The notes below the pieces were generated by a model that had not been told where the DNA came from, did no database searches, and saw only the letters and a list, made by a program, of their open reading frames with translations. From Alphaproteobacteria bacterium (GTDB lineage: Bacteria; Pseudomonadota; Alphaproteobacteria; GM7ARS4; G965262615), in contig OZ253545.1 in the NCBI GenBank assembly GCA_965262615.1, positions 192,001 to 256,000 of the forward strand: a DNA stretch of 64,000 nucleotides. Reading direction: 5' to 3'. Both the position numbers and the translations under genes were made by a program. Of the stretch, positions 38,277-48,617 are shown piece after piece. Within the stretch, counting starts at the first letter, position 1; every line of letters starts with the position of its first letter.

Positions 38277-39731
38277 GATGGGCTGACTGTCATGAACAAT
38301 GCCGCCGCCCGCCTGCACATGCAGCCGACCATCCTTGATGATCGCCGTGCGCAAAGCAATGCAGCTATCCATCTCCCCATTGGCGGCAAAATAGCCGATA
38401 GCCCCTGCGTACAATCCTCGTCTTGTGGGCTCGCACTCGTCAATGATTTGCATGGCTCTGATTTTGGGTGCGCCACTCACCGTTCCCGCTGGAAATCCCG
38501 CCAGCATCACATCCAACGGATGCATATCCTGACGGCATGAGCCGCGCACCTCCGACACCATGTGCATCACATGGGAATAGTGTTCAATCTCCATTTGCTG
38601 TGCCACCGTGACGCTTCCCGTGCGACTGGCGCGCCCCACATCGTTGCGTCCCAAATCCAGCAACATCAGATGCTCTGCCACCTCTTTGCTGTCGTGCTTG
38701 AGGGACTCGGCTAATTTGCGGTCTTCTTGCTCCGAGCCGCCGCGCGGACGCGTGCCCGCAATAGGACGAATAATCACCTGTCCATCTTGAAGACGCACCA
38801 AAATCTCCGGACTTGAACCCGCAATCGCCGCCTCGCCAGTGTGAATGAAAAACAAAAAAGGAGACGGATTGAGGCGGCGCAACCGACGATAAAAAACAAA
38901 AGGCGCATCATCACACGCCACAGTGAAGCGTTGCGACAACACCACCTGAAAAATATCACCACTGACAATGTATTGTTTGGCGCGAGCCACCATCTGCTCA
39001 AATTGATTTTTCTCCATAGAGGTGAAGACGGGATGCTGTCTGATATCCCAAATTGCCTCTTCCTCAAGAATTCCATCATGGGGCGATGGTTTTCCAAGAC
39101 GCGCCACCAATTCATCCATTGCCTGTTGTGCCCGCTCATGAGCTTTGGTTGCGGTGCGTTTTTTTTGCGGACGCACCGTCGTTGTCACAATCAAACTGTC
39201 GGTGACGGAATCAAAGACCAGCATCGTGTGGGGACGCATCCACACGCCATCCCACAAATCAAGGGTGTCTTGATGAGGCGAGGCATGGCGCAAACGCTTT
39301 TCCACATGGCGAATGGTGTCATAGGCAAGATAGCCAAAAACCCCATGGGCAATGGACGGCAACGCAGGCGGCATGGGAAGACGGGAATCATCCAAAAACC
39401 GCCGCAATGAGGTGAGGACATCATCGGCTTCATTGGCAAAAGCATCATCGCGACTTTCCATCTGGTCATTGCGCTGAGCCCGTTGTCCCCTAAACCGCCA
39501 CACCGCATCAGGCGCAAGACCAATGACACTATAGCGACCACGCCGACTCCCACCTTCCACAGATTCCAACAAAAAATGATAGGGCTGTTCAATGTTCAGA
39601 CGCAATGCCGCCGCCACAGGTGTCAGGCAATCATTGTGATACACCCGCCAGAGAAGCTGTGCCTTACCGTTGTCATATCTATCTGCATCAAAGGAAGACG
39701 CGGGGAAAGAATGCACGCGTCCGTCTCTCAC
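38211..39731 (-). CDS. trpE: Anthranilate synthase component I
   Basis: LLESVEGG, GDIFQVVLSQRF, PIAGTRPRG, EHLMLLDLGRND, GTVSGAPKIRAM. Confidence 0.96.
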   Translation of the reverse strand: MRDGRVHSFPASSFDADRYDNGKAQLLWRVYHNDCLTPVAAALRLNIEQPYHFLLESVEGGSRRGRYSVIGLAPDAVWRFRGQRAQRNDQMESRDDAFANEADDVLTSLRRFLDDSRLPMPPALPSIAHGVFGYLAYDTIRHVEKRLRHASPHQDTLDLWDGVWMRPHTMLVFDSVTDSLIVTTTVRPQKKRTATKAHERAQQAMDELVARLGKPSPHDGILEEEAIWDIRQHPVFTSMEKNQFEQMVARAKQYIVSGDIFQVVLSQRFTVACDDAPFVFYRRLRRLNPSPFLFFIHTGEAAIAGSSPEILVRLQDGQVIIRPIAGTRPRGGSEQEDRKLAESLKHDSKEVAEHLMLLDLGRNDVGRASRTGSVTVAQQMEIEHYSHVMHMVSEVRGSCRQDMHPLDVMLAGFPAGTVSGAPKIRAMQIIDECEPTRRGLYAGAIGYFAANGEMDSCIALRTAIIKDGRLHVQAGGGIVHDSQPIKEWEESCHKAQALLKAAGGVL

Positions 39732-41614
39732 AAAAGCAACGAATCAATGGCGCGATCGCTGATGGTCACAGAATAAATCGTCTCAAGATGACGGCGATAC
39801 TGCTGCAATAAATCCTGAGCAATGCTCAAAATGACCCTCTCCTGAGACTCTTGCATCAATTGGTCATCTCCCAAATCGGCTTTTTCAACGCGATCCAAAA
39901 TGGCAATCATATAGCCTTCCTTGAGAGTGGCGGTGACCACTTCACCCACGCCCGCGTCAAACAATTCTTGAGCAATTTCCCCTGGCACTTGCTGGTCTAA
40001 AAAATTGGAGCGGGTGAACTCCTCAAAGGGGACGATGGCAAAATCGGCAACGACTTGCTCAAACCTGTCTCCTTTGGCAATGGCTTTTTGCATGTCTTTG
40101 CCTCGTTTTTCTGCAATAGCTGCCTGTTGCTCATTGATCCATGCGGCAAGAACATCGCTTTGAGCTTCCTCAAATGTCCGCTCCCTTGGTGGGGTCACCT
40201 CATCAATGCGCAAGACAAAAAAACCGCCACTTTCGGTCTCATTGACAAGACTCTCTTCGTCTCGTTCGTAATCTTTGATGGCTTTGAGAAAGCGGTTCAT
40301 CTGGGGAAGATTTTCAATACCACGCCCTTTTGCATCCTTGCCGGTGACATCAATGGCATCCACGCCCCGCATCTCCAGATTGACACTGCTGGCGGTGTCT
40401 TCCAATGATTCCCCCGCCGCCAGCTGATCTTCCACATTGGCAAGCAATTGATAAATCGCCTCCAGAGCTTCGCCTCCTTTGAGTTCAGCCAACAAATCCT
40501 CACGCACTTCCTCATAGGAAAGGGTGTCGGCTTCTTCCACTTCTTCCACTTTGAAAATATGAAAGCCAAAGGGACTTTGAAGCACCTCCGACACCGCTCC
40601 TTCGTCCAGGGCAAAAATATCATCCGCCAATTGGCTCAGCAGCTCGCCTTTGGTGTTCCAGCCAAGTGTGATGTCCTGCTCGGTCAGCTGGGCTTGTGTC
40701 TCTGCCACGCTGGCAAAGTCGGCATTGGAATCCAGTTCCTCGCGAATTTTTTGCGCCAGTTCTTCCTCATCCACCAAAATCTGCAACAGTCGCCGTCTTT
40801 CATCTTTAGAGAAGAAATACAACCGTTGCTCATAGAGGTCTTTGACATCTTGTTCGTCAATGTCAATCTCATCACTGAGGTCTGACGGCTCCAATGTGAT
40901 GTAACTGACCTCATACAATTGAGGCGTTGCAAATTGCTCCACCCGCTCATCAAACCATTGTTGCAAAACGGTTGCCGATGGCGGACGAGCTTTGGGCATG
41001 TCTTCATTTTTCAGCAAAATGGAGCGGGCAAAGCGTTTTTCATGACGAAACTCAATAAGGGGTGTCATCATCAATTGAGGAGCCTTGGGACCCGATGCAA
41101 TGCTGGACATCAATTGGCGACGCTCCAGGTCACGCTTGAGATCCCGCACAAAACTGCGCTCGCTGTAGCCCGCCTCACGCAACAATTGACGATAAATCAA
41201 TTCGCTGAAAAGCCCCGCCTCGTCCTGAAAATCCTCCAGATAGAGAATTTTATCGCGCGTCATGGTGTCACTGACGCTGAGTTCCATGCGCTGCGCCTCA
41301 TTATCAAACAAGGCTCGGCGAATGAGATCGGACATGACGCTATCCACAAATCCCAGTTCCCGTGCCTTTGCGCTGTCCAGTGCCACTCCCAGCAGCTCCT
41401 GCACGCTTTGGGTTTGTTGAGTGTAGAGGCGCAGAAATTCATCGCCTTTGATTTCCACATCACCCACCTGTGCCACCACGACGGTGCGATTGCTGGTGAT
41501 AATCATGTCCGCCATGCCCCAGATGGCAAACGACAGCGCAATCAATGCACTCAATGCAACGAAAACAATCTTATAGAAAAGACCGCCTTTTTCTGCCGTC
41601 AGATTTTTCAACAT
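39728..41614 (-). CDS. ppiD: PpiD-like periplasmic chaperone (SurA-N plus parvulin domain)
   Basis: N-terminal TM (SFAIWG), SurA-N region, SPFGFHIFKV; upstream of trpE. Confidence 0.85.
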   Translation of the reverse strand: MLKNLTAEKGGLFYKIVFVALSALIALSFAIWGMADMIITSNRTVVVAQVGDVEIKGDEFLRLYTQQTQSVQELLGVALDSAKARELGFVDSVMSDLIRRALFDNEAQRMELSVSDTMTRDKILYLEDFQDEAGLFSELIYRQLLREAGYSERSFVRDLKRDLERRQLMSSIASGPKAPQLMMTPLIEFRHEKRFARSILLKNEDMPKARPPSATVLQQWFDERVEQFATPQLYEVSYITLEPSDLSDEIDIDEQDVKDLYEQRLYFFSKDERRRLLQILVDEEELAQKIREELDSNADFASVAETQAQLTEQDITLGWNTKGELLSQLADDIFALDEGAVSEVLQSPFGFHIFKVEEVEEADTLSYEEVREDLLAELKGGEALEAIYQLLANVEDQLAAGESLEDTASSVNLEMRGVDAIDVTGKDAKGRGIENLPQMNRFLKAIKDYERDEESLVNETESGGFFVLRIDEVTPPRERTFEEAQSDVLAAWINEQQAAIAEKRGKDMQKAIAKGDRFEQVVADFAIVPFEEFTRSNFLDQQVPGEIAQELFDAGVGEVVTATLKEGYMIAILDRVEKADLGDDQLMQESQERVILSIAQDLLQQYRRHLETIYSVTISDRAIDSLLL

Positions 41615-41639
41615 GATGAATCCTTTCAAACCCCAAGAA

Positions 41640-42759
41640 ACTCGGGATGTTCTTCAAGAGAACTCCCATTGTCTGTAAGTCATTTCAATGGAAGGGCGGC
41701 TTCATACCTTTGGGCAATGTTGGCAAGTCGCGATTCGTTAAAATCAAAGCCCCTAACCTTAGTTAAGTTTGAGTAACCATCTCCCATGCCAACAATCAAA
41801 ACACAAACATCCAATTTGATCTTGCGTCAAAGGTCATGAATTTCTGCCAAATTAGCACTCATTGATTATGGCGTGGGTTAGGTTGGCATTTTTTAATTGA
41901 CATCCACTTAAATTGGAATGAGCGAGCCAAGCTCTGGTCAAATTGGCATTTTGAAGTTGAGCTTGGGACATATCAGCTCTAATGAGGAAAGCACCCGTCA
42001 AATCGGCATTTCGAAGACAAGCTTTAGACAAATTTGCGCTTTCAAAATTGGCAGATGCAAGGTTGGATTCCGTGAAATTCGTCATCTCTTAAATCAGCAT
42101 AACAAAAGTCAGCTTTTTCAAAATTGAGATTGCGGAAGACACCGCCCGCCAAGCGCACACCACGAAACTTGCCCTCAGAAAAATCGGGAGGGTTCTTCTC
42201 AAACAATTTGATGAGTTTTTCTCTATTTCTGATGACACGCTGTTTCATTGTTTCAGTACCCTCTCTCATAAGATTCATGACGAGATTCACATCATCGCGC
42301 CCACCCAAATTTGGACCGTAATCAGGCGGATTTTTAAGGAATTCCATAAACAAAGTCATAATCATGCCTCTGTGTTCTCTCATCAGGATTATCTTGGAGC
42401 TGTTGCCACAAAATTTCAATACCTGCAATGCGCGCTCCCAAATGTTTCGACCACAATAATTCATTAGCAACACTGTATTGACTTGCGCGCGTCTGTTTTT
42501 GACCAATCTCTATCTGTTGTTGGCTTTTTTCTACCTGCTCCTGCATGACCGATAAACGCTTGATGAGAATAGGAAATCCCAGCAATGCCGCCAAAATCAA
42601 TGGATTGTTAAAAACATAGTGTCCAAAGGTTTCGTAATTGTGTACGCTACTGCTAACCAAGCCCAAAAACTCGCCAGAAAAGACATACCCACCGCCCATC
42701 ATCAACAACACAATGATGAAGGCGGTTAAATCAAAATTGCGCACAAACCAATTCATCAT
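41640..42759 (-). pseudogene. Frameshifted membrane-anchored pentapeptide-repeat gene
   Basis: Starts [10 protein letters not shown]...LLGFPILIKRLS...ARIAGIE like its paralogs; continues across several frames (ORFs 42042-42506 and 41852-42085); may be an assembly error. Confidence 0.75.
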
Positions 42760-44264
42760 GTTATGTGATAATTTGGTGCTTGGCGTGTGATGCGGACGCC
42801 ATGCACATGTCCTTCCACCATTCCTGCGTGTGTGACTCGGCAGAATTTTGCTTTTTTTCGCATGTCTGTGATGTCGTTTGCGCCGATGTATCCCATGGCG
42901 GAGCGCAATCCACCCACCAGTTGATAGAGTATGTTTGCGAGTGCTCCTTTGTATGGCACTTGTCCTTCCACGCCTTCGGGGACGAATTTGGCGGTGGGAT
43001 GTTCTTTCGCCTGTCCTCTGCCTTGATTTTGAAAATAGCGACTGGCAGAGCCCTCCGCCATGGCGGACACCGACCCCATGCCGCGATAGACCTTGCACGG
43101 TCTGCCCTCGTAATGAAAAGTCTCGCCTGGGCTTTCGTCCGTTCCCGCGAGCAATGACCCCATCATGACACAGTGTGCGCCCACGGCGATGGCTTTGGCG
43201 ATGTCGCCGGAATGACAAATGCCGCCATCGGCAATCAGCGGCACGCCCGCCTGATGACACACCGCGGCGGCGGCTTTGATCGCGCTCCATTGAGGCACGC
43301 CCACGCCCGCCACCACGCGAGTGGTGCAGATGGAGCCTGGTCCGATTCCCACCTTGATGGCATCTGCGCCGCAATCAATGAGGGCAGCCGCGCCGTCTGT
43401 GGTTGCCACATTGCCGCCGATGATGTCGCAGGTTGTGCCGAATTCTTTTGTGAGCGCGGTGATGCTGTCCAGCACCCCTTGGCTGTGTCCGTGAGCGGAA
43501 TCCACCACGAGGGCATCCGCTCCCTCAGCCACCAGCAATTCGGCGCGCTGCAGCATGGAGCTCTCTACCGCAAGGGCGGCGGCGACGCGCAATCTGCCTT
43601 GCTGTCTTTGTTGGCAAGAGGATGGCGTTCGGCTTTTTCAATGTCTTTGACGGTCATCAGCCCCACCAATGTGCCTTGTGTGTTGATGATGAGCAGTTTT
43701 TCAATGCGGTTTTTATGAAGAACTTCGCGCGCCTCATTCCAGCTGATGCCCTCAGAAGCTGTGATGAGTTTTTGAGTCATAATGCTCGCGAAACCGGCTT
43801 GATTGAGTTGAGTGGCAAAACGCAAGGTCACGATTGGTGACAATACCCTGTAGCTGATGGTTGTCATCCACCACAGGAATCCCCGAAATTTTGTGGTGTT
43901 GGGTGAGGCGGCGGGCAGCTTCTATGGTCTGGTCTTGCGTGATGGTGATGGGATCCCGCACCATGCCAGCTTCGTATTTTTTGACGGAACGGACTTGTGT
44001 CGCTTGTTTCTCAGGGGTCAAATTTTTGTGAATCACCCCAATGCCCCCCGCCTCCGCCATGCCAATGGCAAGACGCGCCTCAGTGACAGTATCCATCGCC
44101 GCCGATGCCAACGGCACATTCAGAGCAATGCGGCGAGAAAACCGACTGCGAATATCAGTATCCTTCGGCAGAATTGTGGAATGGCTCGGCAGCAACAGCA
44201 CATCATCAAAAGTGAGCGCAAGAGGCGGTTCAGGTGGAAAAGATGATGCTATGGTACGCGCCAT
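42756..44264 (-). pseudogene. guaB: IMP dehydrogenase, broken by at least two frameshifts in or near the CBS region
   Basis: ALTFDDVLL, SAAMDTVTE, CBS domains, [11 protein letters not shown] and YRGMGS are spread over three ORFs; frameshifts near 43825 and 43597. Confidence 0.88.
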
Positions 44265-44306
44265 GAACCATTATAAACAAAGAAAGATGATTTTCAAGCT
44301 GCCCCA

Positions 44307-45293
44307 TCAAATCTCAAATTCGTAGAATTTCCGTCCACTTTTATCTTCCCATTCGCTGATTGACATTTTTTGGTATTCGTGCCTGATGCCATCAGGCAAT
44401 AAAGGCTTTTTCTCATAAACAGCACAGTCCGTAATGAAAACGCAAACATTAATTTGTTCTTGGGTTAAATTTTTTACACCGCTGAAATCAACATCGTTGA
44501 TGATAACTAATTTCAAAATAGCACCCTTTAAATCAACACCTTTCAAGCGAGCTTTCCATAAATCAGCTCCTTCTAAATGAGCCCTCATCAAATCAGCTCC
44601 TTCTAAATGGGCATGAGACAAATAAGCTCCCTCTAAATAAGCACCAAACAAAAGAGCCTTTTCTAAATGAGCACCACACAAATTAAGCCTATACGGCACT
44701 GCATCTGTGATTCTTTCTTCGCGCATATGCCGCAAAATCGTGTAGATGTCTGATCGGTTTCCTGCTTTTTTATCCTCTTCTTTTGTTCCTCCTCCCCATT
44801 CATAAGAGACTGGATACTTAATGAATTGAGTAAAAGCATCCATCACATGGTGATACTCCTCTTTGGGGTGAGTGTTAGCCAAAAGCCACAAAGCTTCAAT
44901 CCCCGCTATGCGTAAACCTAAATGATTTGACCATAGCCAGTCATTGGCAGTATTGTATTGATTGATGCGCGTTTGTTGTTGACCAATCTCTACCTGTCGT
45001 TGGCTTTTTTCTGCCTGCTCTTGCATGACCGACAAACGCTTGATGATAACGGGGAAACCTAATAATACACCAAACAAAATGCCTTGTGTTTCAACAAGAG
45101 AAGGAGCGTTTGTATAACTTGGCAATATGACTAAAAACAAAATGACGGTAGGAATGGAAATATAAAAGAAGGCATTAAAATCAAAATTGCGGGCTAGCCA
45201 ACCCTGTTTCATAATCTCTTGCACAATGCGAACGAAAAAAACGACTAAAATGCCGACAGAGACCAACTCCATAAATGTGCCGAAAACATCCAT
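44307..45293 (-). CDS. Membrane-anchored pentapeptide-repeat protein
   Basis: Three TMs, coiled coil, RIAGIEALW, AHLEG-type repeats; AT-rich. Confidence 0.88.
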   Translation of the reverse strand: MDVFGTFMELVSVGILVVFFVRIVQEIMKQGWLARNFDFNAFFYISIPTVILFLVILPSYTNAPSLVETQGILFGVLLGFPVIIKRLSVMQEQAEKSQRQVEIGQQQTRINQYNTANDWLWSNHLGLRIAGIEALWLLANTHPKEEYHHVMDAFTQFIKYPVSYEWGGGTKEEDKKAGNRSDIYTILRHMREERITDAVPYRLNLCGAHLEKALLFGAYLEGAYLSHAHLEGADLMRAHLEGADLWKARLKGVDLKGAILKLVIINDVDFSGVKNLTQEQINVCVFITDCAVYEKKPLLPDGIRHEYQKMSISEWEDKSGRKFYEFEI

Positions 45294-45412
45294 GCCGCCA
45301 TTGTCACTCAAAAGGATGGAGGTTTCAAGGCATCAGGGTGTGGTGGCATTGGGGGTAATTTCGCGCCACCACGAAGGTGGCTTGTGTCACCGCCCCGCAT
45401 CATGGCTCAAAA

Positions 45413-46570
45413 CTAGAATTTCCTTTCACTTTTTCCTTCCCACCTTATGATTGATAATTTACTATAATCACGCCTTATACCGTCAGGTAATTTGGGTCTT
45501 TCCTCAAATTCTTTGTGTTCTCTGATGAAGACACACTCATTAAATTGTTCTTGTTCTAAACCATTTGCACCTGTGAAATCAACTTCGTTGATAATAGTTA
45601 ATCTCAAATCAGCTCCCTCTAAATGAGCATCACGCAAATCAGCTCCCTCTAAATGAACATCACGCAAATCAGCTCCCTCTAAATGAGCACCGCGCAAATC
45701 AGCTCCCTTCAAATGAGCACCATTCAAATCAGCTCCCTTCAAATGAGCACCATTCAAATCAACTTCATCTAAATAAGCTCCATCTAAATGAGCATCAAGA
45801 AAATTAGCTTTCTCTAAATGAGCTCCATCTAAATGAGCTCTCTTTAAATGAGCGTTAGCCAAATTAGCTCCCCCTAAATGAGCGTTAGCCAAATTAGCTC
45901 CCTCTAAATGAGCGTTAGCCAAATTAGCTCCCTCTAAATGAACCTCACGCAAATCAACTCCCTCTAAATGAGCATAACTCAAATCAATCTGATACGGTGC
46001 TACCCCTGCCATTCCTTCTTCACCCATATGCTTCAAAATTGCACTGATGTCTGTTCGTTCTCCTGCTTTTTGAGCCTCTTTTTTTGTTGCCTTTTTCCAG
46101 TCATAAGGGACTGGATGCTTAACGAATTGAGAGAAAGCGTCCATCACATGGTGATATTCTTCTTTGGGGTATGTTTGAGCCACGCGCCACAAAGCGTCAA
46201 TCCCCGCCATGCGTGAGCCTAAACGCTCTGACCACAAAAATTCATTGGCGGCGTTGTATTGAAGGGTGCGCGATTGCAAGCGTGTCTCACTCACACGCCT
46301 GATGAGAATAGGAAAACCCAATAATGCGCCAATCAAGAGGGTGTTTTTTTTGATAATGTCATAAACAGTTTCATCGCTAACAGTTTCATCGCTTGATCCG
46401 ACAAAAAACAAAATGAGGGCAGGGATGGAAACATAAAAGAGGGCAGTAAAATCAAAATTACAACCCAGCCATGAGCTCCCCCAGCTGTTTTTTATGTATT
46501 TTATGAGTTGCAACACAAGCCAGCACAAAAAGCCTAAAGCCGCGATAAGGAGTACATATTTCATATCCAT
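45413..46570 (-). CDS. Membrane-anchored pentapeptide-repeat protein (longest repeat tract)
   Basis: RMAGIDALW; about 25 pentapeptides (AHLEGANLAN...); start estimated. Confidence 0.88.
   Translation of the reverse strand: MDMKYVLLIAALGFLCWLVLQLIKYIKNSWGSSWLGCNFDFTALFYVSIPALILFFVGSSDETVSDETVYDIIKKNTLLIGALLGFPILIRRVSETRLQSRTLQYNAANEFLWSERLGSRMAGIDALWRVAQTYPKEEYHHVMDAFSQFVKHPVPYDWKKATKKEAQKAGERTDISAILKHMGEEGMAGVAPYQIDLSYAHLEGVDLREVHLEGANLANAHLEGANLANAHLGGANLANAHLKRAHLDGAHLEKANFLDAHLDGAYLDEVDLNGAHLKGADLNGAHLKGADLRGAHLEGADLRDVHLEGADLRDAHLEGADLRLTIINEVDFTGANGLEQEQFNECVFIREHKEFEERPKLPDGIRRDYSKLSIIRWEGKSERKF
45600..45975. repeat. 30-bp period DNA repeats encoding decapeptide units
   Basis: AGCTCCCTCTAAATGAGC core recurring; three near-exact TAAATGAGCGTTAGCCAAATTAGCTC units at about 45845-45930. 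Confidence 0.9.
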
Positions 46571-46723
46571 GTCACACCCGCCGTGCCGCAATGCCCTGTT
46601 TGGCAAGATATTCCTTTGTCTCGAACATTGACAGCTCGTCAACAAAAATTCCATTTGTTTTTTTCATATCAAAGCTCCCACCAAGTAACTTGTTCATGCG
46701 ATAGTTTTACCATAAAAACAGCC

Positions 46724-47218
46724 TCACGGCAATACTTTCCACCAATCAGGCTTTGGTCTTCGCCAATTCCAATGGGCGATGTGTTGTTTGTGGGTGATGT
46801 AATACTGTCGGTAGCTGGCGACGGCATCATGAGGCACGATGCAATTTTCGGGCATGGCGAGAGCAAAGGGAGTCAATCCGCCGTGGGGGATGGAGCGAGG
46901 GGGCGATGCCAGCGCGTCCGCCAACTTTTTGTGGGTGGCATGAGGCTTGCCGCGCCGATACACAAACTCATCCGCCAGCGCACAAAATAAGCGATAGGTG
47001 TAGTCGTAATTGCTTGCGCTGGCGCGCACCCACACGGCACACGGATGATTGGCATGAGTCGCCTTATAGATAATGGAATCGTGTGGGGGCGTGTCATCCA
47101 ACAGGCGATGGGCGGTGGAGAGCAGTTGTCCGCTTTCCAAAATCATCTTGCCCACATGAGCATCACAGTGAGCGCGAGCGTTGGCTTTGATGTCGGAGTC
47201 TAGGATGAAGATGTTCAT
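46724..47218 (-). CDS. Pyrimidine-dimer DNA glycosylase / endonuclease V-related family protein
   Basis: MNIFILD...A..HCD.HV.KMILE..QLLSTAH...YKATH.NHPC..W...V.SYR.YY; ATGA overlap with hisF. Confidence 0.75.
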   Translation of the reverse strand: MNIFILDSDIKANARAHCDAHVGKMILESGQLLSTAHRLLDDTPPHDSIIYKATHANHPCAVWVRASASNYDYTYRLFCALADEFVYRRGKPHATHKKLADALASPPRSIPHGGLTPFALAMPENCIVPHDAVASYRQYYITHKQHIAHWNWRRPKPDWWKVLP

Positions 47219-47970
47219 GAGAGCCGCACGGGAACACCATTCTTTGCAAGGTATTGTTTGGTCTCGGCAATTGACAATTCACCGAAATGAAACAATGAAG
47301 CCGCGAGGGCGGCATCGGCAACTTTTAGGACATCACGAAAATGGCTGAGTTTGCCGGCTCCGCCCGAGGCAATGACGGGAACGCTCACCGCATCCGCCAC
47401 TTGTTTTGTCAATTCACATGCAAAGCCACCTCTCGTGCCATCGTGATCCATAGAGGTGAGCAAAATCTCGCCCGCGCCGTGTGCCACTGCTGCCTTGCAC
47501 CATTCCACCGCGTGCCACCTCGTCTCGCGCCGTCCGCCATGAGTCCAGACTCGCCACTCGCCAACATCATTCCGTTTGGCATCCACCGCCACCACGATGC
47601 ACTGCGCGCCGAACCTCTCGGATGCCTCCCCAATCAACGCAGGATTCGCCACCGCCGCCGAGTTCATCGCCACCTTGTCCGCTCCCGCCAGCAACAACGC
47701 CCGCACATCGCTCACCTGCGACACCCCGCCCCCCACAGTCAAAGGCATGAAACAACACGCCGCCACCCGCGACACCACATCCCGCATGGTGGCGCGCCCC
47801 TCATGAGACGCGCTGATGTCCAGAAAAACCAACTCATCCGCACCCGCCTCGTCATAGGCGCGCGCCTGTGCCACCGGGTCGCCAGCATCACGCAAAGACA
47901 CAAACCGAACGCCCTTGACAACGCGTCCATCATCAACATCCAAACACGGAATAATTCGTTTCTTTAGCAT
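47215..47970 (-). CDS. hisF: Imidazole glycerol phosphate synthase cyclase subunit
   Basis: [38 protein letters not shown]. Confidence 0.97.
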   Translation of the reverse strand: MLKKRIIPCLDVDDGRVVKGVRFVSLRDAGDPVAQARAYDEAGADELVFLDISASHEGRATMRDVVSRVAACCFMPLTVGGGVSQVSDVRALLLAGADKVAMNSAAVANPALIGEASERFGAQCIVVAVDAKRNDVGEWRVWTHGGRRETRWHAVEWCKAAVAHGAGEILLTSMDHDGTRGGFACELTKQVADAVSVPVIASGGAGKLSHFRDVLKVADAALAASLFHFGELSIAETKQYLAKNGVPVRLS

Positions 47971-48036
47971 AAATCATTGTAACTCTATCAAAACGCCATG
48001 CAAGAGTTCTTGTTGTGAGGTGGATTTTTTGCTATA

Positions 48037-48177
48037 GTGCGCGCCGTCTAACTTTTATCGCCCCTTGTTGGGTGTCCCACCCAATACAAGAGCGCGCAAG
48101 CGTAAATAAGTGGGGACATCCATCTGCTGGATAGGCGATAGAGGTTAGACAACGCCCGGCACCGCGTTCGGTGCTCA
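48037..48177 (+). ncRNA. Structured intergenic RNA candidate, possibly 6S RNA
   Basis: 17-bp stem GTCTAACTTTTATCGCC/GGCGATAGAGGTTAGAC with G-U pairs, inner GGGTGTCCCAC/GTGGGGACATCC pairing, GCAA tetraloop; TATAGT -10-like box just upstream. Confidence 0.5.
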
Positions 48178-48202
48178 ACAACGGACTCCAGCAGAGGTCA
48201 AA

Positions 48203-48580
48203 ATGAAAAAAGCTATTTGTGTTTTGTGTGTCTTGCTCATGGCGGGATGCTCGTCTATTTCGGCGTTTCAAGGAACGCCCGACATTGCATCCTTGCGTGT
48301 GGGGATGCTCAAAGGTCAGGTGGAAGACATTGTGGATAATGTCTCAACCATCAAACCCCTCGCCAATGGACAGCGAGAGGTCACCTATTCTTATACTGAA
48401 AAAGATTCCAGTATCTTTCGCGGCGTGGGGTATTTTCTCGGCGACTTGCTCTCTTTTTTCTTGCTTGAGCCACTTTTTTGGCTACTGGAGCTGGAGCGAG
48501 GAAGCAAAAACTATGCCACAATTGTCTATGACCGCAATGGACGAGTCGTCTCCTTCACCACCAGCCCCATCGCAAAATGA
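48203..48580 (+). CDS. Lipoprotein with SmpA/OmlA-like fold features
   Basis: Lipobox LMAG-C; LRVGM.K.QV..I and IVYDRNGRV; GAGG RBS. Confidence 0.7.
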   Translation: MKKAICVLCVLLMAGCSSISAFQGTPDIASLRVGMLKGQVEDIVDNVSTIKPLANGQREVTYSYTEKDSSIFRGVGYFLGDLLSFFLLEPLFWLLELERGSKNYATIVYDRNGRVVSFTTSPIAK

Positions 48581-48617
48581 TAAAGAGGTGTGGCAAACGG
48601 GGGGGAGGGCGAATGGC

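Noticed and set aside
37358-38476. 372-aa repetitive ORF on the minus strand
   Set aside because: It arises because the 204-bp unit is a multiple of three. It is out of frame with trpE, antisense to the DUF4170-like gene and has no recognisable motifs.
42334-43374. 346-aa ORF as a single real gene
   Set aside because: Its N-terminal part is an alternative frame of guaB. Only the part from ATG 42759 belongs to the pentapeptide paralog.
48037-48177. Retron ncRNA, or hammerhead, pistol or HDV-like ribozyme
   Set aside because: No adjacent reverse transcriptase, and I could not find the catalytic core consensus of these ribozymes by eye.
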